64,000 bases of DNA from NCBI RefSeq assembly GCF_009914755.1, contig NC_060939.1; one strand, 5' to 3'. Made by a program: the position numbers and the translations under genes. This DNA comes from the human T2T-CHM13v2.0 reference genome, Homo sapiens. The notes below the pieces were generated by a model that saw only the letters and a list, made by a program, of their open reading frames with translations, was not told the DNA's origin and did not search any database. This document shows positions 1 through 14,503 of this stretch, piece by piece (positions within the stretch are counted from its first letter, which is position 1; each line of letters opens with the position of its first letter).

Positions 1-2355
1 TTTGATAAAATGTAAACATCCCTTCATGATTTAAAAATAAACCATCAAAAGCTGGGTATAGAAAGAAAATACCTCAATATAATAAAAGCCTTATATGACA
101 GACCCATAGCATTATCATACTGAAGGGGAAAAAACTGAAAGGCTTTTTTAAAGACCTAGAATGCAACAAGGTTGCCCACTGTCACCACTGTTACTCGACA
201 TTGTACTGGAAGTCCTAGCTAGAGCAATCAGATGAGAGAAAGATATAAACTGCATTGAAATTGGAAAGGCAGAAGTCAAATTATCCTTCCTTGCAGATGA
301 TATGATCTTACATTTGCAAAAACTTAAAGGACTTCACAAAAAAACTATTAGAACTAATAAAAATTCAGTAAAGTTGCAGAATACAATATCAACATATCCA
401 AATCAGTAGCATTTCTATATGCCAACAGTGAACAATGCAAAAAAGAAATTTAAAAAGTAATCCCATTTACAATATCCACACATAAAATTAAATAGGAATT
501 AACAGAGACGTAAAAGATTTCTAAAATGAAAACTATGAAACACTAATGAAATAAATTGAACAGGACACCAAAAAAATGGAAAAATATTCCACGTTCATGG
601 ATTGGAAGAATCAATATTGTTAAAATGTGCATACTAGCCAAGGCAATTTACAGATTCAATGCAAGCCCTATAAAAATACCAACGACGTTCTTCACAGAAA
701 TGAAAAAAAATCCTATTATTGAAATGTATACAAAAAAACTCAGAATAGCCAAAGCTATCCTAAGAAAAAAGAACAAACCTGGAGGAATGATATTACCTGA
801 CAGGTAACCAAAACAGCATGGTACTTGCATAAAAACAGACACATAGACTAATGGAACAGAATACAGAACCCAGAAACAAACCCACACACCCACAGTGACT
901 CAGTTTTGACAAAGGTGCCAAGAACACACACTGGGGAAAAGCTAGTCTCTTCAATAGATGGTGTTGGGAATCCTGGATATCTGTAGGCAGAAGAATGAAA
1001 CTTGACCCCTCTCTGTGACCATATACAAAAATCAAATCACAATGGATTAAAGACTTAAATCTAAGACCTCAATTTATAAAACTAATAAGAGAATAGATTG
1101 GTGAAACGCCAGGACTTTGGTCTGGGCAAAGATTTCTTGAGTAATATACCCAACAAGTGCAGGCAAGCAAAACAAAAATGGACATATGGGATCATACAAA
1201 GTTAAAAAGCTTCTGCACAGCAAAGGATACAATCAACAAAGTGAAAGAGACCACCCAAAGTATGCGGGAAAATATTTGCAAACTACCTCTCTGACAACAG
1301 ATTAATAACCAAAATATATAAGCAGCTCAAACAACTCTATAGGAAAAAATATAATAATCTGATTAAAAATGGGCAAAAGATTTGAATAGACATTTTTCAA
1401 AAGAACACATACAAATGGCAAACAGGCATAGGAAAAGGTGCTCAACATCAATGAGCCTCAAAGAAATGGAAATCAAAACTTTAACAAGATATCATTTCAC
1501 CCCAGCCAAAATGGCTTATATCCAAAAGACATACTATAACAAGTGCTGATGAGGATGTGAAGAAAAGGAAATCCTGTACACTATTGGTGAGGATGTAAAT
1601 TGGGACAATCTCTATGGAGAACAGTTTGTAGGTTATTCAAAAAACTAAAATTTGAGCTATTGTATGATCCAGCAATCCCATTGCTGGGTATATACCCCGA
1701 AGAAAGAAAAACAGGATATTAAAGTGATATCTGTACTTCTGTGTTTGTTGCAGGACTGTTTATTATAGCTAAGATTTGGAAGCAACTTAAGCGTCCATCA
1801 AGAGATGAATGCATAAAGAAAATGTGGCACACATACACAATGGAGTACTATTCATCCTTAAAAAAAGAACAAGATCCAGTTATTTTCACAAACATGGATG
1901 AAACTGGAGATCATTATGTTAAGTGACTTAAGCCAGGAACGGAAAGACAATGCACATTCTCACTTATTTGTGGGGTTCAAAATTCAGAATAATTGAACTA
2001 ATAAACATACAGGGTAGAAGGATGGTTTCCAGAAGTCAGGAAGGGCAGTGGGGAGGTAGGTATTGATAACGGGTGCAATAAAATAGTTAGAAAGAATCAA
2101 TAAGACCTATTATTTTATAGCACAACAGGGTGACTATAATCATTAATAACTTAATTGTGTATTTTTAAATAACTTGAAGTATAATGGATTGTTTGTAAAT
2201 CAAAGGATAAATGCTTGAGGGGATGGATACCCCATTCTCCTTGATGTGCTTATTTCACATTACATGTCTGTATCAAAACATCTCATGTACCCTATAAATA
2301 TATATACCTTATGAGCCTACAAAAATTTTGAAATTGTTTAAATTAAAAAATAAAT
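1..2355 (+). mobile_element. LINE-1 (L1MA1/L1MA2-like): 3' part of ORF2, 3'UTR and A-rich tail; runs off the window start
   Basis: ORF 556-807 ([37 protein letters not shown]) is L1 ORF2. The 3'UTR motif gcttgaggggatggataccccattctcc...aaacatctcatgtacc is typical of L1MA1-2. Multiple frameshifts. Confidence 0.9.
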
Positions 2356-3292
2356 TTAAAAAACAATCAACAGAGTAAACAGCAACCTATAGAATGGGAA
2401 AAAATATTCACAAACTATGCTTCTGACTAACGTCAGAAAATAAACAATGCCATTAAAAAGTAGGCAAAGGACATGAAAAGACACTCTTCTAAAAAAAGAC
2501 ATACACGTGGCTGACAAGCATATGAAAAAAAAGTTCAACATCACTAATCGTTAGAGAAATGTAAATCAAAACCACAATGCGATACCATCTTACACCAGTC
2601 AGAATGTCTACTATTAAAAAATTAAAAAATAACAGATGCTGGTGAGGTTACAAAGAAAACAGAATGCTTATACGCTGCTAGTGGGAATATGAATTAGTTC
2701 ATTGATTGTGGAAAGCAGTTTGGCAATTTCTCAAAGAACTCAAAGCAGAATTACCATTAAAACCAGCAATCCTATTATTGGATATATACCCAAAGTAATA
2801 TAAATTGTTCTACCATAAAGACACATGCACACGTATGCTCATTGCAGCACTATTCCCAACAGCAAAGACATGGAACCAACCTAAATTCCCACTGATGGCA
2901 GACTGAATAAAGAAAATGTGGTACATATACACCATGAAATACTATATACCCATAAAAAGGAATGAGATCATGTCCTTTGCAGCAACATCAACGAAGGTAA
3001 AAGCCATTATCTTACATGAACTAATGCAGGAACAGAAAACCAAATACTACATGCTCTCACAAGTAGAAGCTAAACATTGAGTACACATGGACACAAAGAA
3101 GGGAAAAACAGACACTGGAACTTACTTGAGGGTGGAGGGAAGGAGGAGGGTCAAGACTGAAAAACTACCTATCAGGTACTATGCTTACCACAGAGGTGAC
3201 AAAATAATCTGTACATCAATCCCCAGTGACACACAATTTACCTTTGTAACAAACCTGCACACATACCTCTGAACCTAAAAGTTTAAAAAAAA
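2356..3292 (+). mobile_element. 5'-truncated LINE-1 (L1PB/old L1PA-like) 3' end abutting the tail of the previous L1
   Basis: Restarts in the ORF2 C-terminal region (caatcaacagagtaaac...) and ends aacaaacctgcacacatacctctgaacctaaaag plus an A-run. Confidence 0.85.
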
Positions 3293-3523
3293 GAGTTGAT
3301 AAAAAGTAAATCAAAAGAAAGCATAAGGAAAGGAAAATGTGAGATAAAAACAGAAAAATAGTAGATATAATAAGAACTTTAGTACCCTGAAAAAATTAAA
3401 ACAGACAAATTAGAAAGGAAATAAGCATAAAAGCAAAATAAAAGACAAGAAAAAATAATAATTTAACTCTATAAGGGACTATTTTGCACTACTCTATGCA
3501 AATACATTTGAAATCTGCATTCA

Positions 3524-3733
3524 TTACTATCCAATAGAACTTCTAAATCATGAAAATATCCTACATCTGTACTGTCCAATAGGTAGCCACTAGCCATATG
3601 TGTTGAGTGAATACTTATACATTTAAATGTGGCTCAGGTGACTGAGAAACTGAATGTTTTGTTTTATTTAATTATAATTAATTTAAATTTGAATAGCCTC
3701 AAGCAGCTAGTGGCTATTGCATCAGAAAGCATA
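3524..3733. mobile_element. MER3 (hAT-Charlie MITE) inserted in an old L1M ORF2 remnant (~3295-3865)
   Basis: tccaatagaact...ggtagccactagccatatgtg...gctagtggcta with internal palindromic symmetry matches the MER3 consensus. Confidence 0.75.
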
Positions 3734-3865
3734 GAAGATGAAATTGAAATTTTCCTAAGACAGTGTTATTTACCAAAGTCAAATCCAAAAGAGTATTTTT
3801 TTTAAAAAAAAAAGAAGCTTAAACAGACCAACTCTATAAAAGAAATAATGTTATCAAAGAATCTC

Positions 3866-3910
3866 AATCTCTCTCTGACACACACACATACACACACACA
3901 CACACACACA
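3866..3910. repeat. (TC)n/(CA)n microsatellite
   Basis: Seen directly: tctctctctgacacacacacatacacacacacacacacacaca. Confidence 0.95.
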
Positions 3911-3953
3911 GGTGTTAACAAGGAAAAGGAAAGCTCTTCTTTATAATATAGAA

Positions 3954-4149
3954 CAGGGCTTTGGCAAATTACTATCCATGGCCCAAATCCTGCTGCAGAC
4001 TGTTTTCCTGCAGTCCATGAGCTAAGAATATTTTTTTACACGACTAAAGAAAAAATAGAATATGTAACTGTAACAGAGACCATATGTAGCCCACAAAGCC
4101 TAAAATACTTAGAATGTGGCTCTTTACTGGAAAAATTTACTGGCCCCTG
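3954..4149. mobile_element. MER58A (hAT-Charlie MITE)
   Basis: TIR-like ends caggg...ccctg. 8-bp TSD atatagaa (3946-3953) / atctagaa (4150-4157). Internal gcccacaaagcctaaaata motif. Confidence 0.85.
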
Positions 4150-4159
4150 ATCTAGAAAA

Positions 4160-5030
4160 ATGATTGAAATTTAAAATCACCATTTTGCAAATACCACCAA
4201 GGTAATATGAGATTCTGGCAAGCAATTACTCCTAACACTATAAGCTAACATATTGTTAGAAAAAGGACATTCATATATCTCTATCACCCATCAAACGTTT
4301 ATTAAGTACAAAAGTTGAAACTTGCATTTTAAATGAAAACATCAAACTTAGCTTCACTAATATTCAGACAAAGTGACATTACAAATTCCTGATGTAATGC
4401 AATGGGAAACGTAGTATTTGCTGAAACATTTTATCCATAATCGAATCCAGAGGGAACAGTTAGACGAATCCAGTTTGATTGAACATTCTATGAGACAATT
4501 AGTCCGGACTCTTCAAAAATGTCAAGGTTGTAAAAGATGAGGAAAAAGGGCGCAGGGTGAGCAACATTGTAGACTGATGAAAATAAGAAACGTGACAAAA
4601 AATCCAATATATGATCCCTAATATAAAGAATATTTGAGAGCAATTAGAGACATTTAAATTTAGACTGTATACTACATAATATTAATTATCAGTAGCAAAT
4701 GTCTTATGCTTGTTATTATAGTAATATAAAAGAATGTGCTAATTTTAGGAAAAATACCTTAAGTATTTTTGGATGATCTTGATGTCTGAAACTTGCTTTA
4801 GAGCAGTTCAGAGCTCCCCCAAAATGCGTGTATGTGCATGTATATGTGCGTGTGTGTAAGAGAGAGAGAAAATGAGTGTGTGTGTGAAGAGGGAAAGAGA
4901 CAGAGACACACAAAGCCAATCTCAGAAAATGTTAACAATTTGTGAATCTAGGTAAAGGGTACATGTGTCTTCATGGTACTTCTTTTTCAACTTTTCTGAG
5001 TTTAAAGTTTTATTAAAAGTTGGAAAAATT
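4160..5030 (+). mobile_element. Ancient L1ME-type 3' end fragments
   Basis: aaaatgttaacaatttgtgaatctaggtaaagggtac...caacttttctg is an L1ME 3' terminus motif. Confidence 0.6.
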
Positions 5031-5609
5031 TTAAAGGCATTTGTTTATTCAGGGTGAACATGGTCTTCAAATTTATTTGCTAGATGCTGGTTTCCTGTAG
5101 TTTTTAATATTTTCATGCCACCTGATTGCCTTATGACTAAAATAAACTTAGCTAGGAAAGAAAAATCTGTGTAGACATGAAGCCAAACAATTTCTCCACT
5201 GAATAGGAAAAGAAAGTATTAAGCTTATTGGCAAGTAATATTGTTATAAATTGTTATTCTCCTAATGCAGTGTAACCAATTATTACCTTGTGTCAGCATC
5301 TACTAGTAAGGAGAGACAAACAGGCAGTATTTATATACAATTACACTATGACAAATTCCTTACAGCCTGAAAAACAATATATCAAACATTAATAAAAGAT
5401 ACAGGAGGTGTTTCTTCAAGATTTACAGGACAAGAAACCACATTATCTCCTTTTATTATATGATTAACTATTTTGGGAAACATATTCAGGTTTATGGTTA
5501 TAATAGACAAGAATACAAGGTGCAGAAGCAACTCTGTCATCTTTCATCATTACAATCTCGCCAATCTGGAATGCAAAAAAATGACACAAGTAGGAAGGGG
5601 CATTTGCTT

Positions 5610-5735
5610 AAGAGGAAGAAGACCAGAGTTATGGCTTCAGCTCTGCTTCTAAATAGCACCAACATTTTTTGGTAAATCACTTCCCTTCTCTGAGCTTTAG
5701 TTTCCTCATCTATCAAATGTGGCAGCTGAACTGAA
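5610..5735 (+). mobile_element. MIR fragment
   Basis: Core motif aatcacttcccttctctgagctttagtttcctcatctatcaaatg. Confidence 0.65.
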
Positions 5736-6258
5736 TTAAGATTGTTGGAACTGCAAGATCAAGGGCTATTTATTCTTCAAGGACTGGGAGACCAGATGGC
5801 AATTTAGAACAATTTTATATGAAAAAAAATTTAATGTGATGTGAATATTATTCATTAGATTTCAGTGGGACACAGGGAGAGGAGACCAAGATATAGCTAA
5901 AAATGATTATCAGCTTCAGGAATCACTCCCTTCTAAGACCTACGGGCTGCATTCGGTGGGGAGAGACACTTGACCAGAGCCCCAGAACATTTTGGATGAA
6001 GAATGGCCCCAAGAGGAAGGGTGGAGATTATATTGGGCCACGAAAAATGCCACTGACTGCTTGTTGTGTGATATGACTTTTCTATCCTAACCCACAAAAA
6101 TCTTTATATATTTGGTGGGTTATAATTTTTTCACAAATCCTAGAAAGAAGTAATATTTGGCAACCAGGTAGCAACAGAAGTTGAAAACTCCCTCAGAAGT
6201 AGAAGAGTAAACTCTGAGGAAGTTAATCCAGAAATGCCCGAAAACTATGAAATTGGGG

Positions 6259-6978
6259 TGTATAGAGCACCCCTTCATTAAACTCCATCTTAGAAAAAGA
6301 CTCCATTTTATATTTCATATGGCATTTTGCCAACAAGGATAAGATGTTTTACTTAACAAATAAAAATATAAAGACTATGTCCAAGCAGATAAGCACATAA
6401 ACAAACACACTCTTCCACTATAGGTTCTCACCAGAGGACTCTGACTATAAAAAAAAAGCAGAACTTCAGCAGCTCCAAACAGCTGCCTTAACTGACTGAG
6501 TCTTGCAGTGACCCATGATAAGCACTTGGCATCTACCTCTAAAGGCTCTGCCACATCAAAGACTCTTCCTTTGGAGAGTCCATTTGGAGACCAATGGACC
6601 AGACCAGGAATCCTTTTGTCTTCTTTGCTCCCGCTGGGACTTGCTCATTAACCCTTTCTCCTATCTCTTTCTCCTCTTGATGTTAAGTGTTACTTTTGTT
6701 TGTTGTGTAAGGTTTAACCTCTAATATTTATATATAGATTAAATATACTATTATGTATGGTATATAATATAGACTGACTTGTGGAGTGGATTGAGCTTGT
6801 GTGGCCATGGCTCTGACTACAGAGTGAATGGGAAGTACTAAGGAGAATTGTCTCCTTGGGAACTCCATGTAGCTCGTGGCTTTTGTGATTAAAATAGTTA
6901 TCAATAGAAGTCTGACTCTGAGTAAAGACATACACATGTGTGAACCTGGACACCTCTAACCCTGCACTGCTCATGACA
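6259..6978 (+). mobile_element. Solo ERV LTR (ERV1-like; family not securely identified)
   Basis: TG...CA termini with 5-bp TSD tgggg/tggga. Contains the aaactccatcttag motif common near ERV1 LTR 5' ends and an attaaa poly(A)-like signal near the 3' end. Confidence 0.65.
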
Positions 6979-8399
6979 TGGGACTTTAAGAAAAAATTGC
7001 CTTAACTACTGAGGACATGGATACCACCAAGTGAGCTATGGGTTAAATCAAACAGAGTAAGACCATAGGTGAGTAGAATGCTTTGGAAATTGATTATCTG
7101 ATTAACTCTGAGTTACTCTGGAAAACTTGTCAGTCAATTCTGTTGTGTGTGTGGGTTTTTTTTTTTAAGTACATAGCAAATTTTCTTTCCTAAATAGGCA
7201 CAGTCTCCTGAACGTTACTGAATCTTCCTTTGATCATTTTACATTTTGTAATATCTCTGAGTCATTATTTTAAACATCATTACCTCTGTATAGGGATTGT
7301 AAATATGGATATGGGATGTGAACATTAGACTGAATCTGTATAGGACTCAGGCATCCCCAGAAGGTGATTTTTGGCGGGAGATAGATCTTGAGTGTGAACT
7401 AGTTTTCACTCTTTGTCCCCTTCTCATGAAACATGAGTATAGCAACAACAACAACAACAGCAAAAAATAGGTTAATTGAGGATTCTGATTAGTTTGGCTT
7501 CATAAGTTTATTTATCAAATTCTTACTGTATTTTGCTTTAAATCAAAGTGAATCAAATTAAAATCTACATCCCCTATTCTAATTCCCTTTAATAAGACTG
7601 CATTCTTTCAACAGCTATTAGAGGAATGTTGTTTTGCCCACACATTTTCAAAGAAGTTACTGGAGCTTATAACACACAGGTCATTATTTAAACTTTAAGA
7701 ATTCAGAAGCAGAAATTCTACTCACAATTGAACTTCACTGAGTTGGCTGACACAGTGTTTTAAATTCTAATTCTACTGTAGAGCAAACTCAGATTGAAAA
7801 GTTGAGGACAAATAACATGTATTGTGTGTACTGGGAAATTGCATCATTAACAGAACCTTTGATACACAATGGCAAGCCCTGTTTAAGATGTATATGCTCC
7901 TGGGAGCTTGTCCTATCATTCTTCCATTAGTTGATATGTACACAGAGCAGTGTTCACAAACTCTGAGTGGCACTGACATTAATTTCTAATAAGGTTTAGA
8001 AAAATTTCTAGACATATAAACTTTATCAGGCCAATGACATATTTGATTCTAAATTAATACTTGATTTTAAATCTTTTCTTAGAATAAAATGCTTACTTGC
8101 CCAAATTCTTTGTTTAAAAAAAGTAGAAATTTCATGTGAATGGACAACTGGTAAAAGGAAACTATGTCTTCTTGGAATGGTTCACAAAAGATGTTTCACA
8201 TCACCCATGGGGTTTTTGGACAGGAGTTCTTAAGGCAGGAGAGTAGAACAAAATTCTCAAGGTTACGTCTTGCTACAATTAAAAGAGAGGTTTAAACCTT
8301 AAGCTCTTTTTAAAAAAGTTTTCCATATGCTCAGGATAAGCACTCTGGTATCATAGCAGAAATGAAGCATGCATGAACCAAATAGTGTCAAAATCTCGC

Positions 8400-9562
8400 T
8401 CAAAAAGGATCATCTAGCTACTACCGTCACTGCCACTGCCACACGATGCCACAAAGATCAACCGTAAGCACTGATAGAGCACCATCCCTCAGAGATCAAC
8501 TAGCCACTTATTTTGACAGATACCACTACACTTTTCAGTATAGCTTCCACAAATACCACTATCCAACAGTTTACAGGGCATTTGACCCACTAGCATGCAC
8601 CTCACACACTTTCACATCAGACAAGCAACTTACTTTACACCAAAGGCAATAAGGCAGTGGGTACATGACCATGAAATCCACGTTCTACCACTAACTTTAC
8701 TACTCAGAAACTGCTGACCTAAAAGTGTATGGGAATCACTTATTGAAGGTGCTGCTGAAGCCCCACACTAATGACAATATCCTGCCAGCCTGGGGCACCA
8801 TCCTCCAATATACAAAATCCATACTAAATCAATGACCACTATTTGATGCACTGTCCCCCAAAGAAAAAATATATGGGTCTCAGAATCAAGGCATGAAAGC
8901 CACATGGCCCCTCCTACTATCACCCCCAGTAACCCACTTTGGGAATGTGTGCTCCCCATTCCCACAATTCTGGGCACCACAGGTTTAGAGAACTCTTCTA
9001 CCAGCAGACATAGCAAAGTCCCATTAGATAGAAGATACAGCTGCCATTTCCACACTTTGGGCACCTTGTGTCCAGGGCCCGAAAAAAAAAAAAAAAGGAT
9101 TTGGGATAATCACCATCCTGGAAAAGGTACACGACCTAGTCGTCAGGAGGAAAGCTGCTGCTACACATTAGAGAAGTGGGCAATCAGCTTAACACCAAGG
9201 TGGTTGGCATATGTTAGTATTCCATCATCTAATTTTAATAATAAACCCATAATTGCCACAGCAGCCACAGCCTATGAAAAGTAAACATTAACTTGGTCCC
9301 CTCAGGAAGGAAGGTCTGGGTTACTCACAAAGTTAGCATCCTTGTACCATTATAAGAACCAAGGTAAAGGGCTCCAGAATGGATCAGAGAGTTTAGCCTA
9401 GAGCTCCCTGTCCCCAGCAGCAGCTGGGGTTGCAGTTTCTCCTACTAACCTTTTTCCCTTATAACCTTATAACTTTATCCAAAGAGAAAGTCTTACCAGA
9501 GTCTTAAAGCAGCTACCCTGAAAACTTGTATGAAACAAATGGCCCCAGAAATATGGGTGAAT
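8400..9562 (+). mobile_element. ERVL-class internal region (ERV3-16A3_I-like) with a decayed integrase
   Basis: 8643-8681 translates KAIRQWVHDHEIH, resembling the ERVL integrase motif KEVRQWAHDHGIH. Neighbouring decayed blocks fit. Directly followed by an LTR16-like LTR. Confidence 0.65.
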
Positions 9563-9941
9563 TGTCACAAATGCTGCACTGCCCAGATCTCTACGCTCTA
9601 TTCCCCTAAAGACTCAAGGATATATACCCTAAGCTGGGTATGACCTCACTGAAAGAGCTTCCCTCTTCCCCAGTGAATCCCGACCCAAGTACTGGGGATA
9701 AATGACCAGCTCCTCTCCCCAAAAAGGAACAACCCTGAGGGGCTACCCAAGCTTCAGAGATCCTTTTGGAGTCAGCTGAGTCCCTGTTGTGATGCATCAC
9801 AGCCTCAATTCTTCCTAGGCCCAACCCTAATTCCTTTCCTTTCCCCACACCCCAGGTGCTGAACCCAAGTCCACTCCTAAGAAAAGTCCTTCACACTCAT
9901 TGCCATCTGAGTCTGTTTCCTAGGGTAAACAATCTACAACA
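9563..9941 (+). mobile_element. LTR16-like (ERVL) 3' LTR
   Basis: tgtcac...tacaaca termini. 3' block catctgagtctgtttcctagggtaaacaatctacaaca resembles the LTR16 end. Confidence 0.65.
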
Positions 9942-11044
9942 AATTTTATGTATCCCTGGCAGACTAACAGCAAAAAGTTAATATTGCTATTTTACTTGGG
10001 CCATAATTTTTTTCTATAGTTTTGCAGTATTTTTTCTCCTTACTGTCTTCTAAGAGCAAAGAAAATTCTCCAATCAATGTGTTTATACTCTGGTAAGAGC
10101 TGTACTACACAAGATTTTTAAATATGTAAGACATCTTTGATTCCTCCAATATAAATACATGTTTAACATGGCCAAAAAATGTTAAGACAAACAGAAAAAA
10201 AGAAAATTTGATTATGAAATAAAGTATTTGTGTATTTAAAGCAAAGAAATGGCTAAAATGTTTATTGTACTTAATTGGCACATAACCTGAAATTGATCCA
10301 ATGTATCAGAAATCACGTGACTTCTACACTATGATCAGATTGTAATATCATTTACTAGACTTTCTTTCTTGTTTTCTTCTCCCTTTCTTTGCTCATCTCT
10401 TCATCTCTGAGAATCTGTTTTTAAGCCTGAAATCTCAGTAGCTGTGCCTTCCTACCCATTGCTGTTCATCTCTGAAACGTGTTTACCACCCTGGATGTGC
10501 CTGCCTCTTTATTAGCTGTCTGCTGACTCGAGGAAGCTACTACCTAGTCCTGCAGTATCCAGCAGTTTCCAATATTTGCCTTACTTAGACTCCTTGCCCT
10601 AGCTAACTTTTATTTCTTCTTAGTGGATAATGCAACGGAGTCACAGCTTACTCCTGGGTTAGGTTCTAACATTAGTCTATTAGGTGAAAAAATATATATA
10701 TATCAATGATAATACTCTTGCAAATCTCATCAGATCAGAAAAGAAAATATGCATCTCAAAAATGCATCACTGCTGGTTTTTCTTTCAGCATTTGAACCAA
10801 TCACTATGACGTGTTTGGCTTTCATTTATGGTAATACATTGTTCAAACCAGGTCTGTGTTTAAATACAGAAGTTCCACTTAGCTTAGCTTGATGTGATAC
10901 TATAAAAGGCATGAGGGAAAGGCCATTCCTGTTCGTTGAAGGAAGTCACTGGTAGACTCCCCTGAATGCTTTAAAGGATTACTTTTCCTCGAATCTTTCA
11001 TTTTTGTTAGTTCATTTTTGTTGGTCATTATACATAATTCTTTA

Positions 11045-11975
11045 TAAATTTTTAACCAATGCATAATATTTGTATATTTTTATGGCATACCTGTGATATT
11101 TTGATACATGCATGGAGTGTGTAATGATCAAATCAGGCTGTTGATCAGATATTTAGGATATTCATCACCTCAAATATTTATCATTTCTTTGTGCTGGTAA
11201 CATTTCAAATCTTCTCTTCTAGCTATTTTGAAATACATATTGTTAATTATAATCACCCTACTGTGCTATCAAACACTGGTATTTCTTTCTTCTAACTATA
11301 TGTTTGCAACCACTAACCTCTGTTCATCCCCTCCCACACACATAAACCCATCCCAGTCTCTAGTAACCATCATTCTACACTCTACCTTCATGAGGTCACC
11401 ATTTTTAGCTCCCACAAATGAGCGAGAACATGCGGTATTTGTCAGTATCTGCCTTATTTCTCTTACCATATGGCCTCCAGTTTTCATCCATGTTCTGCAA
11501 ATGAAAGGATTTTATTCTCTTTTATGGCTGAATGGAATTCCCATATATATATATATACCACATTTTCTTTACCATTCATCTGTTGATGGACATGCAGGTT
11601 GACTCGATATTCTAGCTTATGTGAACAGTGCTGCAGTACACATGGGGTTGCAGGTCTCCCTTTGATATACTGATTCCCTTTCCTTTGGATAAATACGCAG
11701 GAGTGGGACTTCTGGATCAAATGGTAGCTCTATTTTTAGTTGTTTGAGAAATCTTTCTACTGTTTACCTTAACAGCTTTCCTAAATTACACTCCCATTTA
11801 CAGCGTTTAAGAGTTCCTTTTTCTCTGCATCCCAGCCAGCATTTATTGTCTTTTTAGTAATAGTTATCCTAACTGGGAAAGATGACATCTCAGTATTGTT
11901 TTCATTTGCATTTCCCTGATGATTAGTGATGCTGAGGATTTTTTTCATAGACCTGTTGGCCATGCATACTTTAAT
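11045..11975 (-). mobile_element. L1MA4/5-like 3' end
   Basis: Antisense L1MA 3'UTR (gtgatattttgatacatgcat...taatgatcaaatcagg; ccattcatctgttgatggaca). Confidence 0.85.
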
Positions 11976-14501
11976 TCTTATAAATGAAAACCACATATAC
12001 AATGTAACCCAGTGAGTTAGGCATGGATATGATAACCATGAGATCAACTAACCCTGGGAAGTGGCAGGACCCGACCTATGCAAATGCCATGTCTTCCTGA
12101 AACCCTGTTCCAGAATTGCTTTCATGTGACTCTCTTTCTACTCTTTCACACTATCTCTTTGTTTACATACTTCCCCCAACTTACATATTCCCAACCACAC
12201 CATTTTAATCTCAGTGCATGACTGATTTACAGCTTTGCCACTCTATGTGAGCACTGACCCCAAAAGGGACTTCCAATCTGTTTAGTTACTAGATTATAAT
12301 ACAGAAGAGAAAAATAAACGTAACATTGAATTCCTATACCCATATTAGCTTTTTACAAATCAGATCAACCATGGCAGTGAAGACTCACCATTCATCTTTT
12401 CGTTCATTAATATTATAAGGAAATCTATTCCTGTGGGCAGACATTAAACATGAGAGAAATTAACACAGTTGCACTAATGCAAACACAATGTCAATAATTT
12501 ATAATCTGGGAAAAGCAACTGGTAAACCACATTTTAATTATACAGGCTCATCGTGACACATCACTTATGTGACATTTTAAAACTCATTCACACAATAATT
12601 AATCCAGACAAGAAGGTTTTAATAAATTATAACCAGATACATTATACTAGCATAGTTTTCTGTCAGCATATTTTTTCCTATACTACTGGACGTTTGTAAG
12701 AATATCACTGGGGTCAGATATATTCATACTCCTTCATTTACCAAGCTGTACAAGTGTTTTTAAATATATTAGTTTAATATGTTACCAACAAGAGAACAAA
12801 TTACTCAGTAAACAAATGGGTATCTGAAAATAAGATGCGTTGTTCATGGATTTCATATTTGCTTCCAGGCTGCAATACATGGAACAGTAAAGAGTAGCTT
12901 GGAAATTAAAATATGTTAAATTCAGGAACATGCTGGATAATTTTAAAAGTTGGATGGTTATAAAGATGCAAACCCATGTTTCATTTATGAAAAACAAAAG
13001 TTTCTATTAAGAGCATTAAAAATTTGAAAAAATTTATTTTTTATCATTTGTTTTTTGACAGATCTAAATTCAGTATTGTCACTGGGCTTTTTTTTGCAAC
13101 AGTTCTAGTAAAGAATCTAGTTTTAAAACACCCAAGACATGTTCAACCCTTTGACATTCTAGTCACCATGGCTCTCTACCAAGTTGGACACTTGAGAAGG
13201 AATGCTTTTAAGTCTATTTAGCCAGTTGTCTATGTTTAAAAAAAAAAAAGCAAAACAAAAAAAAATCTCCTTACATTTGCTTTGCTCATTAAAAAGTACT
13301 TCCACGTGCATTAGCACATCTGATCATCTAAAGACAATTTATTTGGGACAGATATTATCCCAATTTACAGTTGAGGATACTAATATCAGAGAGGTTTGGA
13401 CTTGCCCAAGGTCACACAGTTTTGATTCTGGAAAGCTTCTAATATAATTTTAACTTTTATACCACCATACTACTGCTGCAGTTAGAGAAAATGTGCTTTG
13501 TTTATATTGGCATCACTCAGCCATAGAGCAGTGTCTGACACCTAGTTGTTTAATGTATGTTTTGTAAATGAATGAATAGAGAAATGATTTAATGTCGGAG
13601 TCACTGTTGGGTTCTGTAAGAGAAATTATTTAGCTACCTTTGGCAGGAAATGAATCCCTTCGGCTCATTACAGTGGCACCAAGAGCTCCAGAGATCTGAT
13701 AAATTTTGAAGATTCCTAAAACATGAACACCTGAAGGCCCAGTTGTATGCTTCATTTAGAAATCCCCACCTCTTCTTGTGAGTCAAGTTAACTTGAGTAT
13801 GAGATGTTTAGCATTAGCCTCATGGCAACCCCAAGGCAAAAACCTATAGTAGATACACAAAAGAGAAAAAGAAAATAATCAAAGCATATTACTACAGAAA
13901 ATTATATAATTACAAAGAAAGACTTCAAGAAGGAAAGAAAGGAATAAAGAATCTACAAAATATCCAGAAAACAATAAATAAAGTATCTATAGTAAATATT
14001 TACCTAACCAATTTAAATGTAAATGGCCTAAAATTAATAAAGTATACAGAGCAGCTAAATGAATTTAAAACAGGACCCAACTACACGCTGCCTACAAGAG
14101 ACTCATTTCACTTGTAAGGAAACAAGCAGACGGAAAATGAAATGATGGAAATAGATATCCCACACAAATGGAAACCAAAATAAAGCAGGTATAGCTATAC
14201 GTATCAGATAAAATAGCCTTTACATTCAAACTGGAAAAAAAAGAAAATAAAGTATTATATGATAAAGAGGTCACTTCATTAAAAGGATAAACAATTATAA
14301 ATACATATGGACCCGATATCAGAGCACCTACATGAATAAAGCAAATATTAACAGATCTGAAGGGAGAGATAGACAGCAATACAATAATTGTAGGAGATTT
14401 CAGTATCACACTTTCAGCAACAGAAAGATGATCCAGGAGAAAATTAATATGGAAATATTGGACTTCACCTATATTTTCTTTATTTTTTCCCACCTCTACT
14501 T

Positions 14502-14503
<2 letters not shown>

